Shown: positions 24,620-37,259 of the stretch, piece by piece
Position numbering within the stretch: position 1 is the first letter of the stretch
How the letters are laid out: every line of letters begins with the position of its first letter
NCBI RefSeq assembly: GCF_963921235.1
Contig: NC_086108.1
Span: 81,408,001 to 81,472,000 of the forward strand
DNA from: Mobula hypostoma
Lineage: Eukaryota
Length of the DNA: 64,000 bases
Direction of reading: 5' to 3'
Made by a program: the position numbers and the translations under genes
Notes under the pieces: generated by a model
Databases searched by the model: none
What the model was told of the DNA's origin: nothing
What the model saw: only the letters and a program-made list of their open reading frames with translations

Positions 24620-24950
24620 CAGTGTCCTCTGTCTTGAGCCAGTCTTTCAATGTGGACCCAGGTGTAGCCCATCTTCATGGTTTTTGTAGCATGTGTCCTA
24701 TCCATTCCCTTCTTCTTTTCCTTCCGATAGTGGTGGTCCTGAACGACAGAAGGATGACCAGCTTCCACGGACTGGTGGCTTTCACCACGTGACTTCGTAA
24801 GTTTTATAGGTGCAGTTCCTTCCTCTCACAGAGATGAGGTCTTTGCAACTTCTATTGGCATTTCTGAAGCTCTTGGTTTTTATGGGATGGTGTTTCTAAC
24901 CTTGTGCTCAGACCCCCTTTTATCGTCGCTGGGCTTGAGACCTTTCATGT
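24620..24950 (-). mobile_element. Probable RTE-derived short element
   Basis: Minus strand ggggtctgagcacaaggttagaaacaccatcccataaaaacc resembles RTE 5'-region motifs. Confidence 0.4.
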
Positions 24951-25817
24951 CAGAATTTCAATTTAACATGCATGGAAGACAAAAAAGCATGTGTGGGGGC
25001 TTTATTTAAATCTATACACAACAATCATTTTGTTTCAACTGGTTCTGGCATTTTTTGGACGCATTCGTAGGGATGTAAAAATAGTTTGTAATGCAACTAC
25101 CCTATCAATGTTCAAAACCCGCCTTCTCTGCTGAATCACCAGATACCAGGCAATCGTTAATGCTGCAGAAGCCTAGAGACAGTAAGCACACTTCCAGTTC
25201 AATAACATTATCTCCCAAAGACTGAACCTCCTTAGTCATACACAAGTGTTAAAATTCCACTGTGATAAACTGAATTGAAATATTGTAAATCAGCCAGTTA
25301 GTGGTGTGCAAAGAAAATGGCCAGGAAACCTTCAGTTACTTCTCTGTTGGTTCCCTCTTCCATCTCTACCCAGTCCAGTAAAGCACAGAAATGTCACAGA
25401 AGGATATAGACGTTACAACACAGAACTTGTCTTTGTTGGAGTTGATCTACCATGAAAGCAAATCAACTGCATCACTGTATCGCCCCATGGTCTCAAAGAC
25501 ATATCTATTCACTCAGTTGTCAAGGCAACTAAAGATGGACAACACATGCAGCAATGCCACCTTTGCAATGCTGGAAAAAAAAACGTAAGAAAGCCCACCT
25601 TGTAGGTCTGTTGATGAAAATATCAACAGTACTATAATAGAATAAAAAGAAAAAAAATATTTAAGGCAGAAGTGAGCCATCCAAGGTTGAGTAAGGTTAT
25701 TGCACAAGCTTCCTCATCAGCAGCTGAATAGTGGCAAGGCAATAAAATCAGCAGGAAAAGGAAACACAAAAAGATATTTAGGTCTTTATCAAGAACGCAG
25801 CTTTGTTTTAATTTTTG

Positions 25818-26400
25818 AATCAGATTCAGAATTATTTTTATTATCACTGACATACGACATAAAGTTTGTTTTTCTGGCAGCAGTAGAGTGCAATACATAA
25901 AACATACCATAAATTACAATGAGAAATATATATATATATACACACAAACCCCATTTCCAGAAAAGTTGGGATATTTTCCAAAATGCAATAGAAACAAAAA
26001 TCTGTGATATGTTAATTCACGTGAACCTTTATTTAACTGACAGAAGTACAAAGAAAAGATTTTCAATAGATTTACGGACCAACTTAATTGTATTTTGTAA
26101 ACATACACAAATTTAGAATTTGATGGCTGCATATATATATTATTTTTAAATAAGTAATGCAAATAGACAGCAAAAATAGTGAGCAAGAGTTCATGGGTTC
26201 ATTGACCATTCAGAGATTTGATGGCAGAGGGGAAAAATCTCCTCCTAAAATGTTGAATGTGTGTCTTTGGGCTCCTGTACCCCCTCCCTGATTTTTGTAA
26301 TGGAAAGGAGACATGTCCTGGGTGGTGCGGATCCTTAATGATGGATGACACCTTTATGAGACATTGTCTTTTGAAGATGTCCTCAGTGGTGGGGAGACAA
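25818..26400 (-). mobile_element. Rex1/Babar 3' end
   Basis: ORF 26199-26567 (IIKDPHHPGH..SGRGYRSPKT..FFPSAIK). Tail reads gaatcagattcagaa on +. Confidence 0.85.
25943..26131 (+). mobile_element. Tc1-like terminal fragment inserted in the (TA)n tract of the Rex1 UTR
   Basis: caaaccccatttccagaaaagttgggatattt is a Tc1-type end; TA repeats flank both sides. Confidence 0.7.
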
Positions 26401-27268
26401 CCAACTTTAGCATCTTGTGTTGGTTTCAGGTCCTCCCAGATCTGATTTAGTATGTGGTTTAATGCTCCTTGCAATGCATTACCAAATTGTCTGGATGTGC
26501 AATATTTGTGTGATATTGAAGTGGGGATTTTAGGTAAGTCTGGCAAGTAGATACCAACATAAGTCAAATCGTGAAATGTCGCCTACTGGCAAACTTATTA
26601 CAGAGACTTAGATCCCATCAACATAAGCATACTTGCAGCTTTGAACTTTGGTGAAACATGTCGTGTAACCTTTGATACACTGTTGTAGGGTGGACTGCGA
26701 TTAGCCAAGAGATAACTGCCTTGAATAAAGAATGTTTTGTCAGTAATTCTGTCAATGTCTTACACACCGTAAAAATCAAAAAATATTGCAGACATTGAAA
26801 ACTTGTGACAAAAACAGTGGATGCTGACAACACTCAAGAGGTTAGGGACCATCTGTGGAAAGAGAAAGAGTTAACATTTCAGATTAAATATGTTCTGTCA
26901 GAACACATTTGCCAGAAGGGATGTTGGGATTAAGATTGGAACAGTTATGACTTTACTGAATGACAGAGAAGGTGGCTGATGCCAATTGGCCTTCACCCAG
27001 TACATTTATTTTCTTAAATTCTTATGTTTTACCTGCACCCAATGACGCAATTATGCTCTACTGACAGATTAGTTACAGCTTTGAGTAGTGAGTACAATTC
27101 TGGTCACCACCGTGCAGTAAAAGTGCAGTTGTCCATGGGTATAGAGAAGATTTATGAAGACAATGTCAAGACTACAAAACATGGTTTTAAGGAAAGGTTA
27201 AAGCAGTGTTGCCTTCTTTGGAAAAGAGCATGAGAGAAGACTAAAATGAGATGTATAAAATTATCAGA

Positions 27269-28383
27269 TGCAACCAGGTGACCGCTGAATATAATTTTTT
27301 TATTGTTAAAGTGCACTTATGTATTCATCCTTTTAATGCTAAAATTGCTGCCTGTGCCTTTAGGAGAAAACAGCAATGTCATTTTGCATGGGTGGAGTAG
27401 AAAGAAGAGATAGCATGTTCTAAAGAGAACGAGGTTCGAATGCTTTTCCCAGGTTTGGTGAGGAAAGGTGAGCAATATCTGATAACTTCCATGTAAATTT
27501 GTTTTCACTTGTTTGTAAATTTAGAATATCGGTAGTTTGACATATTTTACTTGTGGATCCTTTAGATTTTCATGTGTAAGGTATTGGCGCTGGAGAGTGT
27601 GGTTGTGTGAACTTCCATGTTGGCCTAGTAGGTTAGTCTTTTTAGTAATTTAAGCTCCAGGGCAATATATTGTAAACATTTTTGTAAAAGTTTATCTTTG
27701 TCTTTCTTTATTGTTTCATGACTGAATGTGAATGTAGCGGAGTAATATGAATTGTGTTAATCTCCGTTTACGTAGCGTGAATGAGGAGAACTCATTTCAG
27801 GGTCTAACCTATACATGTTTGGAAGTTAGGCGCATGTGTGCCAAAGTGAGTATATCTCTTAGTTAAGAAGAGAGGTATTTAGTCATACTTTTGATGTTGT
27901 GTATAAGGTGCATGGTATGCGGCATTCTAATGTTGTTTGTATTTTTCTTAGAATTGCTACTACCACATTGATTTTGTATATTTTAGACCATAAGACCATA
28001 AGATATAGGAGCAGCATTAGGCCGTTTGGCCCATTGAGTCTGCTCTGCCATTCAATCATGGGCTGATCCAATTCTTCCAGTCATCCCCACTCTCTGCCTT
28101 CTCCTTTGATGCCCTGATTATTTTGGTTTTTCTGTTTTAGTTATCTTATGAATTTTATTTATAAAACTTTGTTTTATTTATTTTCATCCTGCATATGTAA
28201 CAAGGGTGTGGATTGAAATTAAACTGAGATTATAACAGGAGGAACTGTGTTTTTTTTTAATTCATTTTTGTTGTTTTTATTTTGATACACTCTTTCTGCA
28301 TTAAAACATCTAAAACAGATAAAGGAATTAAAGACTCAAAAAAATATTTGTTGTCCTGCATGCATATTTTTCCCCAGGCTACA
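27269..28383 (+). repeat. 5' LTR of the Gypsy element (contains a CR1 tail at ~27985-28110, minus strand)
   Basis: Begins tgcaaccagg and ends tttttccccaggctaca, matching ttttccctgggctaca at 30690-30705. Confidence 0.7.
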
Positions 28384-30705
28384 TTTTTGAATGCAGTACA
28401 ATATACAATACATAATACGGTAGTGGTGAAGGACAGGTCAGCCATTCCTGTGGGACGGATGGAGGGAGCCTGTTATTGCGTGGAGACCATGGTAGAGCCT
28501 TGAGACTGGGCTGGGACATCCAGGACTGACGCCAAGACATAGAACTGTGATGGTGATCCAGAGCAACTGCAGCGGTGAAGTTCTGAAGTCATCGTGTTTT
28601 CTGCAAGAGGCGTCAGCGACCCCTTTCCTAGTCTGATTGTAGAGACTTTAAAGACTTGAATTTTCATGATATTCCATCCAGAGGATGGGCAAACTAAACC
28701 TGATTTGAATGAACAAATTAGAGAGTTGCATAGTAGGCTTGAGGAAACTATGGCAACTATAGATACATTGCTCCATTTACAGGGGATGTTGAGAAAGGTG
28801 GGAGGTCTATTGATGACTTTATTGAAGAAGTCGAACGGGTGCTTTGTGCTAGAAATCAGCCTAACCAGGATCAGTATGACTTTGTTATGTCCCTGCTCAG
28901 GGGTGCAGCTCTAGAAGAAGCACGTATACGCAGTGATGCTGAGGAAGACCAGGCTGATGACTCGTTCACCTATCTCGGAGAAGCTTATAGTGTCAATTGT
29001 AGCTTCTATAGTCGCAAACAGCATGAGGGTGAAGACATAAGAGAGGTTTCACTTGCCCTAGCCCAAGTTCTTAACTTGCTTCTAAAGTGTTCCCCTGATG
29101 CTGTGGCCAATAAGAGGGTGGCACTCAGAGATCAATTTATAGAGGGCATCAGAGATCCTTCCCTTAGAAGGGAGCTCCACCGATTCGTGTGGAATAACCT
29201 CGAGTCCTCAATGATAGAAGTGCGGGAGGAGACTTGTCTGCGGTTTTCAGAAGAGTCCTCAGTAGCCAGGCACAATGCTCCACTCACAATGCTCAGGAAT
29301 CTAAGTCTGTCACTCTAGATGATGTCCTTAAAGTAGTTGCAGAGCAGGGCAAAGACATTAGTGAGTTGCCTCAAACTGTGGAGCATCCTGCTGTAAAGAG
29401 AGGTGTTGCTAGCAGTAGACCTAAGTTACAGCCTAGCTTCACAAAGGATGGGCAAGCAAAATGTTTCAAGTGTCGGGTAGGAGGGCATGTGGCCAAGAAT
29501 TGCCCACCGAAGCGAAGTACAAGGGATATAGAGCCTGAATCTCCAGCCCCCAGGTTGTTGGGAGTCGGGCAATTCGGGGGAACCTCACAGACTCAGATAA
29601 CGTACAGCCAACCCGTAACCATGTGCTACAATGTGCCGTAGGAACAAGTCCTGTTGTTGAGCTTAAGATATCAGGGGTCGCTGTCCGTTGTCTGTTTGGC
29701 ACTGGTAGTCAAGTGAGCACCAACACTGAGCAGTTCTTTTGAGAACACTTGAAGGGAGAGGAAGAGGATATGTTGTCCACTGCTGACTGGCTTAGGTTAA
29801 CAGCCGCTAACAGTCTTGATATTCCTTATCTTGGGTAACTAGAGCTGGAGGTTCAAGCAATGAGCATGAAGATACCAAATTGTGGCTTTCTAGTAGTCAG
29901 AGATCCTGTTAGCACTGAAGAATCCGTCCCGTGCATTGCAGGCATGGATATTATAAGCCAATGCAGACATCTTGTCTACGCCGAATTTGATACGACCCTA
30001 GAAGGGAAGTTGTATTCTGATTGAAGAGAAGTTTTCCGTAAAGTGCAGATGCGCACTACCAAAAAGAAAGCCGGAGTCCAAGTATCAGGAAAAGATATTG
30101 AGCACATACCTGCTGGATCTGTAGTTACCACTCTGGCTAGGAAGGCCACGGGAGATGCTGGTACTGACTATAAGATATTATTTGAGCCACTCAACACCCC
30201 TCAATTGGATGGTCCTGTAGTTATTCCCATGCTTGTTGACTCTCGTAGTCGTACACTGCCAGTACAGGTTTTAAACCTCTCTCGAAAGGATGTATGGCTC
30301 TCACCTAGGACCTGGCTGGGTATACTGTCAAAGGTAGAATATGTAGATAATATTCAGCAATGTGATGTAAGATTTCAGCAGATCTCATCTGGCATTGAAC
30401 AAGTGGCAGTTGGTGTAAAGGAGGAGGATAGTAACCCCAAGTTAAATTCAATTCTAGACAAACTCAACATTGGGGGAGTGAAGAACAAGAAGCTCAGCTA
30501 AGAGCTCCATTGGCTAAGTATGTGGATATTTTTGCAGTCAAAGATGAAGATTTTGGGTACACTGACAAGGTCAAGCATGAAATTCAGTTAATGGATGATG
30601 AGTCTGTTTCACAACCGTACCGTCACGTTCCCCCCAATCAGAACAGTGAGGTGAAAGAGCACATCTCAAAGTTGTTGAAGAAGGGCGTATTTTCCCTGGG
30701 CTACA
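27269..30705 (+). mobile_element. Gypsy LTR retrotransposon, internally deleted (5' LTR, gag, protease, start of RT, last ~17 bp of 3' LTR), inserted in an old CR1
   Basis: TSD caga 27265-27268 / 30706-30709. Gag LRDQFIEGIRD and knuckle CFKCRVGGHVAKNC. Protease relic CLFGTGSQVST (~29690). RT start GYTDKVKHEI..QPYRHVPP. The CR1 is continuous across the insertion. Confidence 0.88.
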
Positions 30706-31064
30706 CAGAGTAAACGGGAAGAACATTTCTCTTGATACTGATTATGGACTTAAAAATAAATTACTAGAAGAATTAGAAGGGAAATCAGGACAGATATCTT
30801 TTACTGACAGAGTGGAAGGAACTCATTGCCTAATAGGTTTGTATAGTGCGACCCCTCATAATTTTTAAATAGTACTTGGATATGTATTTGAAAGGCCATG
30901 ACCAGCAGGACTATGCGTATAGTGCTGGAAAGTGGGACTAAAGTGGGTAGCTCTGTTTTGACAGGCTTAGTATAATGGGCCAAATAGCCTCCCTTTATGT
31001 CAAAAAATTTCTATGTTATAACACTTGGGCCTCAACATTGCAGTTCGTGTGAGCACAAACATGA

Positions 31065-31672
31065 CCTTTCGAATGTTGAAAGGCCTAGACAGAGTAGATG
31101 TGGAAAGGATATTTCCCATGGTGGAGGAGTCTAGGACAAGAGGGCACGGCCTCAGGATAGAGGGGTGCCCTTTCAAAACAGAGATGCAGAGAAATGTCTT
31201 TAGCCAAGGGATGGTGAATTTGTGGAATTTGCTGCCACGTGCAGCCGTGGAGGCCAGGTCGATGGGTGTACTTAAGGCAGAGATTGATAGGTTCTTGATT
31301 GGATATGGCATCAAAGGTTACAAGGAGGGGATCGTCGACTCAGGCCTAAGAGGCCAGCGACGGGCATTTTCATACCTTACAAGGCGCGGAACGAAAGACT
31401 GTGTGTCACGTCACTCCTCGCACAGACATAGAGCAATGTGTGGTTAAGTGCCTTGCTCAAAGACACAACACGCTGCCTCAGCTGAGGCTCGAACTGGCAA
31501 CCTTCAGATCACTAGACGAATGCGTTAACCACTTGGCCACGTGCCCACACCTTACAGGGAGAAGGCCGGGAACTGGGGTTGAGGAGGAGAAGAGGAAAAG
31601 ATCAGCCATGAATGAATGGCGGAGAAGATTCGTTGGGCCAAATGACCTAATTCTGCTCCTATGTCTTATGGT
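31065..31672 (+). mobile_element. CR1 3' fragment interrupted by a SINE
   Basis: FRMLKGLDRVD..FSQGMVNLWNLLP; tail cctatgtcttatggtc. Confidence 0.9.
31328..31550 (-). mobile_element. tRNA-derived SINE
   Basis: Minus strand box A tggccaagtgg and box B agttcgagcc, then gtgtctttgagcaaggcactt. Flanks ttacaagg / ttacaggg. Confidence 0.8.
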
Positions 31673-32374
31673 CAAGCATCATACACATATTATACACATT
31701 TCCAACAATTTTGCTTCTCGTGTATTTCTGCCACTTTTGCTCTGATCTGTCATGCTTGGGAATCATAATTGTATCAATTCATGTGTGAAACAAAAGCTAA
31801 AAATCAATGGTACTGCGCGCACAAACACACCCATCCTTTCAAGGCCTATTTCCCCTAATAATTATCCCAATTTTGTTGGAAGATGAATGATTTTCCTACA
31901 TTTGCTGTATATGCACATCCATCTCTAAACTCTAAACACTAGAATTGAACACATTATATTTTCAACTCTATAGCAAGTGTGTTAAGGTGATTCTGATGAA
32001 GATTCTAGATCAGGAAGATTCAATCTCTGAACAGTACTGAGAAAGCTTTAAATGTGCATGCAAAGTTTGCAGTACAGTGAAACTGGTTATTTCAAGTTTT
32101 TTAAAGCTGTCTACTTCAACAAATGTGTAAAGATGAAAGCAATCGCCAGCAGCATGTCAATGTGGGAGAGTTTTACTATAGATGTGATGATATAAAGAAA
32201 AGCTCAAGGAATGTCAACTGTCCGGAAAAAATGTATTGCACCTCATACATCACTTAACGTGAGAGTACTCAGTTAAAATGTAATGGATTGCTAAACATTA
32301 TAATGTGCCGATTTAGAATAATGCTAACATTTGTATATCTTTTATTCACCGATTCTAATGATTTCTTTAAAAAT

Positions 32375-32642
32375 TTATTGAGACGCAGCATGGAGTAGGC
32401 CCTTCCAGCCTTTGAACTGCGCCACCCAGCGATCCCCCGATTTAATCACCGGACAATTTACAATGACCAATTAACCTACCACCCACTGGGTCTTTGGACT
32501 GTGGGAGGAAACCAGAGCACTTGGAGGAAACTCATGTGGTCACGGGGACAACATACAATTTCCTTACAGGCAGTGGAGGGAATTGAACCCAGTTCATCTA
32601 CTGTAAAGCGTTGTGCTAACCTCTACGCTATCATGCCACCCC
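32375..32642 (-). mobile_element. HE1/V-SINE with CR1-like tail
   Basis: tRNA head (gggttcaattccc) and V-domain gtttcctccaagtgctctggtttcctcccacagtccaaagac. Confidence 0.85.
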
Positions 32643-33714
32643 AAATGACAAATTCCAAATTAGAGAATCATAAGATATCCTTGATTTTCTTTCATAGGTT
32701 TCTCAAATTTTCTTATCCACCATTCTCCTACGACTTGTAAAAACAAATCCTAAAAGGTGGTGAGAAAATATTTATTGCTTCATTCATAAAATATTTTAAG
32801 ATAGTCACCTCAGGTTACGACAAAGCAAAGCATTTCATTTAGACACAGAACCAATTGTTTGCAGGTAAGCACATCCTGGAACAGCATTGAAAGATAAATT
32901 TATCTCTCCACTCTGTGTGGAGCCTAGCGATTGAGTTTGATAGTACTGAGATTCCTGGGCATTGCCCAATTGCTCTGTGAACCTGCATCCACTACATCTG
33001 ATAAAAAAATTTGCTACTCCCATTCATTTGAATAGGCATACACAGCTAGAGATTAGGCAGAGCCAGCCTGGAGATTCGAATGTAAAAGACAAATTCAATT
33101 TAATTTTACTATGGCATTTTGTCATTTAAGCTAAATTTTAATATTTTTAACTCATCTCCTTAATTCTTGCAAAGCCTTTGGTAGTTAACAAAGCTTTGTT
33201 TTATAGGCTGGCCACACCGTGGAGATGGTCATTTTCATGGGTTATGGCTCTTTTGTATTGCTACTTGCAAGGGAAAATAACAGAGATGGAAAATTCAAGA
33301 AAACATCCTTTACTGAAGATCAGAACGCTCAACTAACAGTACAAATGAGCACAACAATGTATCAAAGTCATACATATGGTACACTCAGCTCTTAAAAATA
33401 ACTAAATATGCCACACACACACACGCACAAATTTATGCAATCAGTTAATTATTTACATTAATATAGAGTTGTAAATTAAAGTATCTGTGAATTCTTGCAA
33501 TCAATTGGTTTTGTTATTCATTAAACATTGCAAATTTCACTTGAAATCTCCAAAATGTTCAGTAAATACTTTCCGAGAAAACCTCATACATGTTTGACTG
33601 TATATCCTGTTCAAAAATTTTTGTCTCAACATAATTGCCTTCATACATCCGAAAACATTGTCATGTCCTGTATATTGATGCAAATACAAAAGAGACACAT
33701 CAACAGGTATATTT

Positions 33715-34214
33715 CATTAGGAGCTTGAGAAGATGTGGTACGTGACCAAAGATTCGAACAAATTTCTACAGCTGTACCTTGGGGAGCAGTCTAACTGGTT
33801 GCATCACTGTCTGGTACTGAGGGGTCACTGAACAAGTTCGGAAAAAGCTACAGAGGGTTGCCAACTCAGCCAGCTCCGTCACGGGCGCTAGCCTCCCCAG
33901 CATCGAGGACATCTTCAAAAGGCGATGCCTCTAAAAGGCAGCATCCATCATTACGGACTTCCACCACCCAGGACATGCTCTCTTCTTATTACTACCATCA
34001 GAGTGGAGGTACAGGAGTCTGAAGACACACGCTCAACATTTTAGGAACAGCTTCTTCCCCTCTGCCATCAGATTTCTGAATAGACAATGGACCAACACTA
34101 CCCCACCATTTTGCCTTCTTTTTGCACTACTTGTTTAATTTATCTGTATGCTGTACTGCCTCCACTAAACAACAAATTACGCAACATATGTCAATGATAT
34201 TAAACCTGATTCTA
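33715..34214 (+). mobile_element. Rex1/Babar 3' fragment
   Basis: LTGCITVWY, LQRVANSA, HPGHALFLLLPS, FRNSFFPSAIR; tail aaacctgattct. Confidence 0.85.
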
Positions 34215-36542
34215 CAGTGAACTTAACACAAGATTACTAATGCTTTTTCAACATCAGCAGTGTTATAATTATAGATTATATTTGGTACATTATTGAATCT
34301 CATGAACGCTGTTGTAACAATTCCTTCTTAGCTCTTCCATTTTGCTGCCTCCGCTTTCAGTTGTCTGGCACTTAACTTCTCACTTAGATTCTTGTAGACA
34401 CAGGACCTTCCTTCAATCCCACTGTTGCTTTTGAAGTCACTTCTTCTGACTCTCCCTCTCTGGATTGTCTCCAAGAATTTCTACACTGCCATGTCTGTCA
34501 TTTCTAAAAATTTCAGTCTTTTTTTTTCCCCACACAGACTCTATTTTACAGGGTTTGACAAAGTAATTCCAAACCTACTGTGCCATCCTTTATAGGGTGG
34601 TTGAAGCTTTACACCCTCAAAACATTTATATAAGAAATTCAGAACTTTAAGTGATTGAAGAATTACAATATATTTCAAAGTCAGTGTGATTTGATAGGAA
34701 CTTTGCAGATGGTGGGATTGACATGAATCTGATTACCCTTGTAATTCTTAGTCAAAGAAACCCCACTGTAGCATTTAGATGATGCCCACCACAGCTGCAA
34801 GACCTCTTTGTTGAAGTAGATGTTTCTTTTAGGATTAGGTTGTGTGCCATCGATGGCAATTGCTTTGTTCTAAATGGTCCTGCTTAGCTCCAATCCTGTT
34901 GAAACTACACTCATCCAGACAAGTTGAGTATTTCCTATCATATTGCAGAGTTTATATTGAGGATGGCAGAGAAGTTTTGCAGTCATGAATCACTCACCAC
35001 TGGGGAAATAACTAAATTTTCTGGCAACAGAATTTTCAGCACATAATAAAACAAACAAACCCAAACTATCAGCAGAGTTTATGCACCATTTGAGGCCCCA
35101 GCTGATCAATTTTACCTCATATTCTGCCTCCCACATGTACTATTTTTGCTTCTCCTTAAAATTTTCTTTGCTATTTCCTCAACTTCTCCAGCATAGCGAG
35201 TTCCACGTCTTCATTTACTCAATTCAAAGGTCATCCCTCGCACTGCCTTACCCCAGAAAACAGATCACAAACCCAATCACTCCTTCCTAAATTGAGTTTT
35301 ACATCATGCTGGCCAAAGTAAAGCAATGTTGTATTTGGTGCATGATTTGATAATAATAAAATAACCTTATGAACCTTAAGTAGGTGTGGTAAAATGAATT
35401 CTGTTGTTTTCCACATGCAGTCAACTCTTAACATTTAGCAGAGAGACAATAAACTTTCCAGTCAATTTACCACATACCAGTGCATTTACTCAACATCCAT
35501 ACTCAGCAGAATAAAAGGCTAGCAAATGAACTGAGCTACATAGACAGGATAAAACTTTAGCATGCCCTGTAAATCCACACCTTTAGCTTTATAAATGGTG
35601 TTACATTTCTGAGATCATTTAGTACGTAACTGCCAAGTTTAGAGTGCAGCTCATTCATAGTTTCACTTTCATAGCACGCGGCATGGAATATTAGATCAAT
35701 CTTCGCCAAAAATGGAGGTAATTGAGTTACTGTCACTTGTCAGGTCTTGGCCCCATTACAGGCTACAATTTCTCCATGTATTTAAATGAAATGAAAGACA
35801 GGCAACTATAGACCAATTAGCTTAACATCTGTAGTCGGGAAAATGCTTGAAGCTGTCATTAAGGAAGAAATAGCGAAACATATAGAAAGGAGTGGTTCCA
35901 TTAGACAGATGCAGCATGGATTCAGAAAGGGCAGGTCCTGTTTGACAAACTTACTGGAGTTCTTTGAGGACATAATGAGTGCAGTGGATAGAGGGGAACA
36001 GGTGGATGTCGTATACTTGGATTTCCAGAAGGCGTTCGATAAGATGCCACACAAGAGACTTATAAATAAGATATGGATGCATGGAGTCCGAGGAAGTGTA
36101 TTGGCATGGATAGTGGATTGGTTAACCAATAGAAGGCAGAGGGTTGGTATAAATGGGTGTTTCTCCGGTTGGCAGTCAGTGGTGAGTTGGATGCCGCGGG
36201 GGTCGGTGCTGGGCCCGCAGCTGTTTACCATTTACATTGATGATTTGGAAGAGGGGACTGAGTGTAGCATAGCAAAATTTGCTTATGACACTAGTGGAAA
36301 AGCAAATTGTACAGAGGATGTGGACAGTCTGCAGAGGGATATAGATAGGTTAAATGAGTGGGCCAAGGTCCGGCAGATGGAATACACCATTGGTAAATGC
36401 GAGATCGTCCACTTTGGAAAGAATAATAAAAGAGCAAATTATTATATTTAAATGGTGCAAGATTGCAGCATGCTGTTGTGCAGAGGGACTTGGGAGTGCT
36501 TGTGCATGAATCGCAAAATTTGGCTTGCAGGTACGACAGGTT

Positions 36543-37079
36543 GTGCAGGAGAGAAGGAGGGTGAAGAGAAATGCGGTAGTCGTGGGGGATTCCATAGTCA
36601 GGGGAACAGACAGGAGATTCTGTGAGCCTGACAGAGATACCCACATGGTGTGTTGCCTCCCAGGTGCCAGGGTACGGGATGTCTCGGATCGGGTCCTGAA
36701 TATTCTAAAGGGGGAGGGTGAGCAGCCAGTTGTCTTGGTACATGTTGGTACCAATGACATAGATAGGACAAAGGAGGAGGTCCTGAAGAGAGATTTCCAG
36801 GAGTTATGAAGGAAGCTGAGAAGCAGGACCTCCAGGGTAGTAATCTCGGGATTGCTACCTGTGCCACGTGCTAACAAGGGCAAGAGTAGTCGGATCAGGC
36901 AGATGAATGCCTGGCTGAGTGACTGGTGTAGGGGGCAGGGCTTCAGATTCTTGGATAATTGGGATCTCTTCTGGGGGAAGTATGACCTGTTCAAAAAGGA
37001 CAGGTTACACCTGAACCCGAAGGGGACCAATATCCTGGTGGGAAAGTTTAATAGAGCTGTTAGGGAGGGTTTAAACTAA
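36543..37079 (+). pseudogene. CR1 ORF1 SGNH/GDSL esterase domain
   Basis: VVVGDSIVRG, CLPGA, VHVGTNDI, DRLHLN; one in-frame stop at 36807-36809. Confidence 0.9.
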
Positions 37080-37259
37080 TTTGGCAGGGGGATGGGAACC
37101 GGAATGATAGAGCGGAGGAAGGGGAAAACAGAAATAAATCTAAGATAGTGAGCAGTAAAGATGTCAGGAAAGACAGGCAGGTGATGGGGCAAATGTGTAG
37201 CCATTGGGATGAGTTGCAGTGCAATAAAGTTGCAGTGAAATCAAAGCAAGAAGTATCAA

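Noticed and set aside
27733..28383. Shorter LTR candidate tgtagc...gctaca
   Set aside because: No matching TSD; a start at 27269 gives the TSD caga and restores the host CR1.
31440..31550. tRNA-like sequences here and at ~16040, ~32600, ~58170
   Set aside because: These are SINE heads without a complete cloverleaf, not tRNA genes.
32806..33023. 62-aa minus-strand ORF with an acceptor-like site
   Set aside because: No recognisable domain; length expected by chance.
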